From the NCBI GenBank assembly GCA_964016885.1, contig OZ024745.1:23126001-23190000 (forward strand): a stretch of 64,000 bases of DNA, given 5' to 3'. Below the pieces are notes generated by a model. The model was not told the DNA's origin. It saw only the letters and a list, made by a program, of their open reading frames with translations, and ran no database searches. Of the stretch, positions 53,661-64,000 are shown piece after piece (positions within the stretch are counted from its first letter, which is position 1; every line of letters begins with the position of its first letter). The position numbers and the translations under genes were made by a program. The stretch is from Eledone cirrhosa. Its lineage: Eukaryota.

Positions 53661-54384
53661 TTGTCTAGGTGCGTGTGTGTGTGTCTCCTTGTGTGTGTAT
53701 ATGTGGGAAAATGTGTGTATCAGTGTGTGTATCTGTCTGTGAGTGTATGTGACTTTCAGATCTGTGTGTGTGTATGTGTGTCTCTGTGTGTGTAAGTGTC
53801 AGTGTGTATCTGTGTCTGCCTGTTTGTGTGTCTGCCTCTGTGTGTGTACATTTGTGTCTCTGTCTATGTGTGTCAGTGTATATGTGTGTATGTGTGTATG
53901 TATGTGTGTATGTGTGTCTGTCTCTGTGTGTATATAAGTGCCTGATTCTTTGTGTGTGTGTGTGTATGTTTGTCTCCTTGTCTATGTGTGTATGTGTATA
54001 TCTCTGTCTATTTGTGTTTGTGTATATGTATGTATGGATGTATGTGTCTGTGTTAAAGACACAACTACATTGTAGTTTCAATTTCTTCATTAATTAGAAC
54101 ATGCCGTCTTTTCTAATTAGGCCTCATCTGTTGGTTTCCAACAACAAAGTTCCTAAGAAAATACGAGAAAATAAAACTGGAAAGTTGTCGTACCATTGAC
54201 GACATATGTATCAAAGAAAGATCTGGGTTATTAGCCATGTATTCATACATACTTACACACACCTATATTTGTATATATATATATATAACAAAGGAATTGT
54301 GGTAAGGAACCAAATAGACCATAACGCACCAGAGTACTCAATACTTAGAGTAGTAGAGTGTTAAATAGGAAAAAGTATATATAA

Positions 54385-54440
<56 letters not shown>

Positions 54441-54626
54441 TAATACTACTATATAAATACATACACACTCATATATATATATGTATATATGTATAATATA
54501 AATGTTATTTATATATAATATTTATATTATACATACATATATATATTAAACATACATACATATATATATCCGGCATCAGTGATACAATGGCCTGTCTGAG
54601 TTTTCTATTTAGAAGCACGTGTACAC

Positions 54627-54697
<71 letters not shown>

Positions 54698-55137
54698 ACA
54701 CTTACACATACACAATTACATACATATATACATACAGAGAGAGAGAGAGAGAGAGAGAAGTTTGTTTCTAGCCACTATCAGAATAGAGAATTCCGAGCTA
54801 CTACAGGTGGATGGTTTGTGGAACCCTCAAGGTGAAACTCGTGACCAATGAATACCTGAATAATGGCTTGGAATCTACCTAAGACCTGAAACAGGACATA
54901 GCTGTTCCTTTGTTTCGGACGAGAGAGAAAGTCTGCGGTGCTGAGACCGGGGACTACAAATCATGGGAGTACTCAATGAATGGGGAAATGCTGAGACATG
55001 AATCCAACCGTGACATCCGGCCGAAGCCCCTTGCTGTTGCAGTCAGATTCATCTCTCTTCTTATATATATAGTGGATTAGAGAAGTTGATATAGTTTTTA
55101 GTGGAGTTCTTACTAGATATTTTCAATATCACCATTA

Positions 55138-55178
55138 CCGAGAACAATTGTTTCACCTTATTTGGATCATCAGCTCAG
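55138..55178 (-). ncRNA. Minimal hammerhead in a fold-back (inverted partial copy at 55184-55228)
   Basis: CUGAG-CUGAUGA-U-CC-AAAUAA-GG-U-GAAA-CAAUUG-UU-CUCGG. Confidence 0.7.
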
Positions 55179-55651
55179 TTAAAATGATGATCCGAATAAG
55201 ATGAAACAATTGTTCTCGGCAGTGGTGAACTAACTGTTGAGGAACTACTAGACAGGCTGCTGTGAAACCATGGAATACATACAATATATATATACACATA
55301 TATATATAGGGATTCATGATGATTTCTAAAGAATGAAACAGTTCTAGACCTGTAGAATCTCATATATATATATATATATATATGATACAGTCATTTCGTC
55401 TATGTCGCTGCTATATATTCTTTCAATCATGGCTGACTGTACTGTATTCCACAGTTTCACAACAACCTGTCTCCTTCAAGACCAACTGAAGTAATGAGTA
55501 ATCACAGAATTATATAAATGTCCCAGAAGATTGCCGTAAGTAAAGTAAAAACATACATTCTATCTCTATATTTATTTAACATAGATATTGCTCAAAGCAG
55601 CCATTTATTACCCATAATGCAGTACAATAACCTATAACTAACAGCCTACAG

Positions 55652-55730
<79 letters not shown>

Positions 55731-56197
55731 CATATATGTATATATATATATATATATGTGTGTATATATACATATATGTATCATCATCATCATCATCGTA
55801 TATATATATATATATATAATGGAATGGCTTTATATATATAGCCATTCCACTACCGATGAGTAATTATTGTAAATGTCTGTAAAAATAACCACACCCAAAC
55901 CTTTTCTTATAATCTACTGGGTTATTATTATTATTATTATTACGTCCCTTTACGATCTGAGTTCAAATTCCGCCGATGTTAACTTTGCCTTTCATCCTTA
56001 CGGGGTCGATAAAATAAAGTACCAGTAATGCACTGAGATAATTGCTGGCCTTGTGCCAAAAGTAGAAACAATTATTATCATTAAAGAATTGTTTATGTAT
56101 CTCTCGTGTCTTGAATATTCATCATACACACACACACATATATATATGTATACATATATATATATATATTTATATATATATATATATATATATACAT

Positions 56198-56313
<116 letters not shown>

Positions 56314-56532
56314 GAAAACGAAAAATCAGTGATACATCTGAACTCAATTTATTGTGTGTTGCAATAGTTTCGCCGGAGGACAGCTCGAGGTGCGATCCAT
56401 GTGTGGATCTGTCTGATTCTGGACCCGTCGAACCTGCGGGGTTTCGTTTTTTATTATATCATACTCTGCTCTGTAAGAGCATAGAGTGCTCAACCGGCAT
56501 ACCGCCTATGGAAGCATCCTAGCTACCACCAG

Positions 56533-56972
<440 letters not shown>

Positions 56973-57089
56973 TATATATATATATATATATACATTTTGA
57001 GTATATGTTGGTTGTTTACCGACACCTCAGAATGCAGATTGGAGCACTCGACGAAGTACGCAGATTGGTTTGGTTACTCCGGAGTAATG

Positions 57090-57166
57090 TAAAATAAAGT
57101 AATTAAGTCAAATATTTAAAATTTGGCTTCCAAATTTTAAATATTTGACTTAATTACTTTATTTTA
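57090..57166. repeat. Perfect hairpin, 37-bp arms, 3-nt loop, adjoining (TA)n
   Basis: TAAAATAAAGTAATTAAGTCAAATATTTAAAATTTGG-CTT-CCAAATTTT... Confidence 0.85.
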
Positions 57167-58060
57167 TATATATATATATATACACACATACGCACAGACA
57201 CACATTTATAATATAGTCAAATATACAAACAAAACACACTACACCCATACAGACATAGGTATGTATGTATGTATGTATGTGTGTATGTGTGTATGTGTAT
57301 GTGTATGTGCTAGCCTGTGTGCGTATGCATGTCGCTGTATGTGTGTGTTTGCCTCTGTGTGTGTACTGCATTTTTCTCTGATATATTAAAAGTTTTACTT
57401 TTCACATAGAAAGTGTATTCTTTCGTTCACAATTGTGAATATTACTAATAATAATAATTTTAATAATAACAACAACAATGTTAATAATAATGCGAAGGGG
57501 TTTTCGGAATATGGTGTGTTGGAAGAAAAAAAAAAGGTGTGGAGAATGAAGATGCATGAAAGACTAAGAGAGGCTGATGAAAGAAGATTTTAAAAATTGG
57601 AATACCAGTCATTAAATAATTTTATAATTTTTTTTTTAATATATATTTTACTGTTTAATCTGATCTGAACCCGACTGGAATCCAATGAGATTTTTTTTTT
57701 CTAGATGTAAAGGATAAAAGAAGTGGGAAGTTGTGATGATGTATGTCTCTGACAAGAGCCATACATAATGAAAATTGAAGTGAGTTGTCCTGGCACTGAA
57801 AGTCCAATCCCAGAATGTTTTACCACCGCCTAACGGTGCCTGCCACTTTGAAATCGACTATAATAACAAATCATCATTTTTTTTTTTTAAATAAAGAAAT
57901 TTTTTAATTTTTTATTGTTATTGTTATTTATATTGTCATTCTCGACTGCAAAAGTGATAATTTCATCATTTGTAGGTAGTAGCAACATATGCCCAATATA
58001 ATTTTACATAAATATACATATATACAATATATTCTATAACATTTTAGTCTCATCATTGTT

Positions 58061-58092
<32 letters not shown>

Positions 58093-58094
58093 TT

Positions 58095-58515
58095 TTTAAC
58101 AATATGAGTATAAAAAATTGAGCAATAAAGGAATTGTTTCACCTGAAGACAAAATGAGGGTGGAAAGGGAAATGCTATCTTCCAACCAGTTTGTTGAAAG
58201 ATGGGTAAGAGAGGCGGGCATGGTCCGAATGGGCTTGCTCTGAGTATAGGACTATAAATTGGAGGAGGATAACTGAGAGAGGGCACTTGCCCTAGCGGTC
58301 AAGGTTACTGTGGCTTTTTGTGGGCTTTCCCCATTAGTGACCCTCGGAGATGTCTTCACTTTGGGGGAATTTTTTATGTTTTGATTTTTTAAATGTTTAA
58401 TTTTTAGTTTTCTTTATAAACCTTTCTCTCACACAAAAACCCACACTGTATCGTCTTTATTGTCCTCTTTATGCAAGTCATGTGGGGCTAATAAAGAAAC
58501 CATCATTATTATTAT
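58095..58515 (+). mobile_element. L1/Tx1-like LINE 3' end
   Basis: KMRVEREMLSSNQFVERWVR.. remnant, UTR with AATAAA then (ATT)n; related UTR at 62300-62710. Confidence 0.5.
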
Positions 58516-60489
58516 TGTTTAAGGGTAGTAGATTTGCAGTATCGGTAGAGCGTCGACATAGTGCTTTGCGGCACATAGTTCCTTTCTGAGGTAAAATCCT
58601 GCCGAGGTTAGCTTGGCTTTTCATCCTTGCAAGGTCCATAAAATAAAGCACAGTAACACATTGGAATCCCCTTCCCTTCAAATTGCTGGCCTTGGGCCAA
58701 AAGTAGAAACTATAATTATTATTGAGAGGTCACTCGCCTTTAGTGGTCAAGGTAATTGTAGATCTGTTGGGGTTCTCAATTAGTCGTAGATATTCAGTTC
58801 TCTGTACAAAGACTGAATACCTTATATAATTCTATATTATGTATCTCAAAGTCTAAAGTCTGTTTCGAGCCCGGAGACTTATCAGACCAGTATTTATCCC
58901 AGTTTCCTTGGCGTTAAGCGACTGAGAGTACAAGATTTCCCCCTGGACAGGACGCCAGATACTATGTGTACCTAACCTGTATACTATTTATACTTGTTAC
59001 CCATTTCTGTCTCCTTTCTGTGTAAACTCCCACCTTAACGTTATAATGTCTCCTTCATCTGATGGCAAAGAAACCATCATTATTGTTGTTATTATTGTTG
59101 TTGTGGTGGTGTGGAGATTTTTATTAGTGGATGGATTAAACAAAATTAGTATTATGGATTTCTTGTTCTTCGTCCACTTATTGCTGAGAAGGTTGTAGGG
59201 GTAAAGTCCTCAAACACTCCTTCCAGACTGGGGTCCTGTCAGAAGCAACCATCTCCAATTGATCCGGCTGGATCTCCAAGTGAGACCACCTGAGCTAATG
59301 GGTTCTATCCAACCATCTTGCTCGGGGTTCACCCTGAGTCTCCTGTCGGCTGATTTTGCCCGTAAAATTTGTCTGCACGATTTAAAATCTGGATTGCATT
59401 ATTTAATGTGTTATTCTTTTTAAGACGGCAGGACGTGATTTGAATTAATAAAAAGTTGACTGCTATTTCTAGCAGACTGGAGTACTTCACTGGGACATCG
59501 TAGCTCATGAATATGAATAGAGTGTCTCAAAAACTCGATGCAAGAGAAGAGAAACATAAAGTCAATCTTAGCGAATTTTTCATTAATAATTTCCTTACTT
59601 TATTTCTCATGAAAGACTCTGCCTAATAATTTTAAAATAATTTTTTTAATAATCAAATATTTGGAGAGATTTGATAATATAACTAACTTTCTCGTTATTA
59701 AGCTGGTATTTGGAGCTTAACTTAACAAAGGGTCTTATATGAAATTAGGATGGAATTTCTTTTATATATATATATATAAACATCAACACTGTAAAACAAA
59801 TACTTTCGGATCCTAGAACCAGGAATGGTTTGTCAAAAGATTTGCTCCCTTCCGAACCTCCTCTTGGGTCACGGGATACGCAATCTCTGTGGGTTCATCC
59901 CACGCCTCCTATGACGGATCGCAGGCACATCGCCAGTTTTTAAGACATGAAATAAAGACTGCAGTATACTTTTCGGACGTTATGTTGTTGTCATAAGGAT
60001 TGATAACCAGCAAACATATATTTAACAGATTAAGCTGTTATACAACATGGCTCTTTGTGGTTTCTTCTCCCACATCAAACATCCAGTGTAATCTCTTTAC
60101 GGTTCCCTTTAACACTTATGCCTTCGCTTCCACTTGATAACTTTTCCCCAGGCCTCTTCAGTTGTAGCTACATAATGTTCTACTGATTGTAGCTATATGC
60201 AGGGCCTATGAGAGCGAGATCCAGTCGGTACTTTGTTCCGAGGCCCCAAAACTAAGAGGGTCCCGCAGCAACCATTTTGAGAAAAACCTTTGCCTGCTTC
60301 AGTCCCCAAAGGGGTCTTGTAACACCTTGCAAAATTTCTCTTGGCTATATATTTTATATCTCTCCAATATTACCAATATTTACGTCATTGATAACGTGGC
60401 ATTTGAAAATAATACTGTACGTATACAACTGACATAAAATATTGAAATTTAGAATAATATCCTGTCTTGGTGGCGGTAAATATTACTAA

Positions 60490-62265
60490 TTTTAGACAAA
60501 TTTCCATAATATGATTTCGAAGGCCACCAGTTTTGATGGGTAGGGATAACAATCGCTTATATTAACCCCAGTACTGAAAGGATGAAAAGCAAAGTTGAAC
60601 ACAGAACTTAAAGGTTCATAGGTAAATACATACAGCTGGTTTTATCTGAAGCTGTAACGTTTCTATCAATCCACAGTGCTAAAGTATAAAGTATGTAGCT
60701 TAGTACTGGGATCGAACTCACAGTATTGGGGTTATTAATGATTCGCTGTAACCAACTGAGCTAATCGGTTGATCAGTAACACTAATGATTTCTAGTTTAA
60801 GCAAAAATAGATAAATATACACAGCAATTTGTGCCGAGGTGAAAGTCGGTTATATCTACACCAGTATATTACTGGTACTATATTTCATCGACCACGAAAG
60901 GATGAATGGTATTGTTGAGCGCGGTCAGATTTGAACTCAGAATGTCAGACTTTGTTAATTACACCAGCCCCGCCTTAGACGACGCCTCGCTAATGGTTTC
61001 CAATTTAGGGGAAGGAAAAGTTGATTAAACCAACCCCAGCACTTGGCTGGTACTTTATTTTATCAAGCCGGCAATAATGAAAAGCGAAGTTGACCTCGGC
61101 AGGGTTTCAACTCAGAATGTTAAAGGATCGTAGAAAAAAATGCTGCGAGGTATTCTGCTCGACACTTTAACGATGCTGTCATTCTATTGGCTCAAAGACA
61201 ATTGGATAAAATTAGTGAGGAGCCAATTAATTCGTCCCAAACTGTACAGGATGTTGTTGTTGTTGGACCTCCGTTGATTCCGACGGTGGGTGTTCCAGTT
61301 GATTCGATCAACCGAAGTGCTTGCTCGTGAAATTAAAGTGACGTAGTTCTCAGGGAGATTCGGTGTGACACAGTGTACGACCTGACTGGCCCTTTCAATT
61401 ACAAGTACACTTCAACTTTTAGTAAAGGAGTAAACTGGTGCAACGCGAAATAAAACAACTTGTTCAAGGATACGACACACCACTGGGAAATCGAACTCAG
61501 AACCATATGATCGTGATCCATACACACCGAACCACAAGGCCATGTGATGTCACATATCTGGAAGAGACAGTGTCAACGACCATGACAGCATTTCAAACAC
61601 CGAAGAGACACCGGTGCTGCTAATGTTGTGTTAAAAAATTGTTAATGACCACTCACACGTTTTACCAGCTGAATAGACTGGAGTAACATGGATTATAGTG
61701 TTTTGATCAAGAATTAAATGCACAAAATTTATCTTTCAATTGTGAGCCGAATACCCTAACCGTTGAGCTACGCGTCATCACTTTTAATAAGTACTACTAA
61801 TTATTTGGGAAGCCCTAGAGACATTAAAGGTAACGCCAAACATGTGCAACACAAACTCAAAAGGTAATAATAAATAACATTTCTAAAATTTGCACAATTT
61901 AGGAGAAAGTCTCTTATAATGACCCAGTGCATTATAAGTATCTTATTTTATTGACCTCGTAAGGATGAAAGGCAAAACTAACTCACAACGTAGAAAGTCG
62001 GAAATAAATACAACAAAACATTTTGTCCGACGCTCTACTGATATTCCCAATCTTCGATAACAATGATAATGGTTTCTGATTTAGGCATAAGGCCATACAT
62101 TTGGAGGGAGGGATAAGTCGATTAAATCGACCCCAGCGCATTACTGGTGCTACATTTTATCGTAAGGATGAAAGACAAAGCTAACCTCGGCGGAATTTGG
62201 TCTCGGATCGTAAAGGGCCGTAACTCTGTGCCATAAAACAAGTGGTCCGACGCTCCACCGATACT
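60490..62265 (-). mobile_element. Cluster of degraded SINE copies
   Basis: Repeated GGATGAAA.GCAAAG..GAACTCAG and CORE-like segments, largely in the same orientation. Confidence 0.7.
60697..60770 (-). pseudogene. tRNA-Ile(AAU)-like pseudogene or SINE head
   Basis: CCGATTAGCTCAGTTGGTTACAGCG....TAATAAC...GAGTTCGATCCCAGTACT parallels eukaryotic tRNA-Ile(AAU); anticodon and acceptor stems broken. Confidence 0.6.
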
Positions 62266-62918
62266 ATTATTATTATGTCTGTAAATTAAAGAACATCTGG
62301 GAGAGGGCACATACCCTAGGGTTTAAGGTTACCCTGACATTTTTCATGAGTGACCCTCGGATGTACCCCCACATTTGGCGAATTTGTTATGTTTTGAATT
62401 TTTAAATGTTTATTATTTTCCTGGACCGGGCGATGCGTTATGTCCTTGAGCAAGACACTTTATTTCACGTTGCTCCTTCTAGCTGGAGTTGCGATCGATA
62501 GATAGTGTTAGCAACTGGAAAGACCAACGGAAACATTGTTTCCTCGGTCTGATTTGACGAAAGTTGATCGATCCTTTTTATTTAGTCTTTTTTATAAACC
62601 TTTCTCTCTCTCTCTAAACAACCCCCTCCCCCAAAAAAACCACACTGTACTGTCTTTATTGTCGTCTTAATGTAAGCCCTGTGTGGCTAATAAAGAAACC
62701 ATTATTATTAATAATAATAACGACACGATTTATCAAGTCGTTGGTCAATTAATCATATTTTAATATGATAATCAGAATTGGATATTTCTAAAAACCAGAG
62801 AGAAGATGATGATGGTGATGATGATGATGTCAACGGTGGTGGCGATAACAATATATATATATAGAAATATACACCAACTCCATAATTTCCATTGGATGTT
62901 TTATGTATACATACATAC

Positions 62919-62956
<38 letters not shown>

Positions 62957-64000
62957 GTATATACATATATATATATATACATATACATATATATATATAT
63001 ATATAAATATATATATACATATATATATATATGTGTGTATGTATATATACACACATACATATAATTTATACACTCATATATAGACAGATATATTCATATA
63101 TAAATATATATATATATTTACGCATACATATTCATATATAAATAAATTATAAATTATAAATTATATATATATATATATATATACATATATATACATACAT
63201 ATATATATATATACATATATATATGAGATTTATATAATCACACAAATACACATGTGTGTAGGTACATATAAATGTACAACAAATATAATATATATGTGTG
63301 TGTATATAAGCATATATATATATACACACACAAACAAATATACACGTATTCATATATATTTTTTTCATTACAACAACAACAAAAACACAAAATAAGAATA
63401 AAACCATAATTTGAATCTGTGCAATGAAGTATATATATATTTTTTCTTTTGCTATTTTTATTAATAATAATTATTATATATATATATATATTATATATTA
63501 TATTATATTTTTATTTTCATTTCATTAAAATTCTGTGCCATATAGTCTTCAGTTATAGTTTTTTGTTGTTGTTGATTTTTTATTCCAAGTTTTTTTTTTT
63601 ATTCAATTTTTATAATTTTTTTTTTAGTGAATTTTTTTCATCTTGTAGATTTTTATGTTTTTTTTTTCAAACCATGAAATAATTTTTGAGATTATTTTTT
63701 TTTTTTCAAATAATATATTTTTTTCTTTATTTTATTGCTGTTTCCGTTCTTCACTTTTTCAAAATCAAATTTAAAGCAACAGATAAAAAAAAAACGTTAA
63801 TTATTTTTAACTATAATTATTATTATTATTATTATATTAATAATAATAGTAATAATAATAATTAGCATAACTGTTTATATTGGTGTCCTCTTTTTTTAAA
63901 TTTAATTTTTGTTTCATGTATTTTTTTTTAATTCAGAGGAGGGCGGATGGGACAAAAAACTGGGGACAGTGAAGAAAAAAATGAAAAGCAGCTAAGAAAT

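Noticed and set aside
57690-57870. Possible exon after a polypyrimidine tract (TTTTTTCTAG)
   Set aside because: All plus frames hit stops quickly; the minus strand resembles a decayed SINE head.
58131-58210. Possible exon ending at TGG|GTAAGA
   Set aside because: No acceptor tract; better explained as an L1/Tx1-like C-terminus followed by its UTR.

Overview
Eukaryotic, gene-poor, repeat-saturated DNA; the SINE families and microsatellite style suggest an octopus/coleoid cephalopod (inference). No intact host gene is supported: long ORFs in the track are microsatellite/satellite artefacts or retroelement fragments. Contents: (1) many Penelope-like elements (PLEs), including a near-complete RT+GIY-YIG copy with a 1.7-kb inverted arm (43466-48688); (2) about 13 type-I hammerhead ribozyme motifs of about 10 unrelated families, mostly in head-to-head fold-back insertions whose 3' ends abut (TA)n tracts; (3) RTE, R4/Dong-like, CRE-like and L1/Tx1-like LINE fragments, a Helitron-like element, a MITE and many tRNA-derived SINEs; (4) tandem arrays with 46, 33, 68 and 62 bp units, the last three amplified from pieces of adjacent SINEs; (5) an interstitial (CCCTAA)n tract behind a hammerhead-bearing fold-back. 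One weak candidate signal-peptide exon lies at 17793-17876 (-). All folds and alignments were done by eye.
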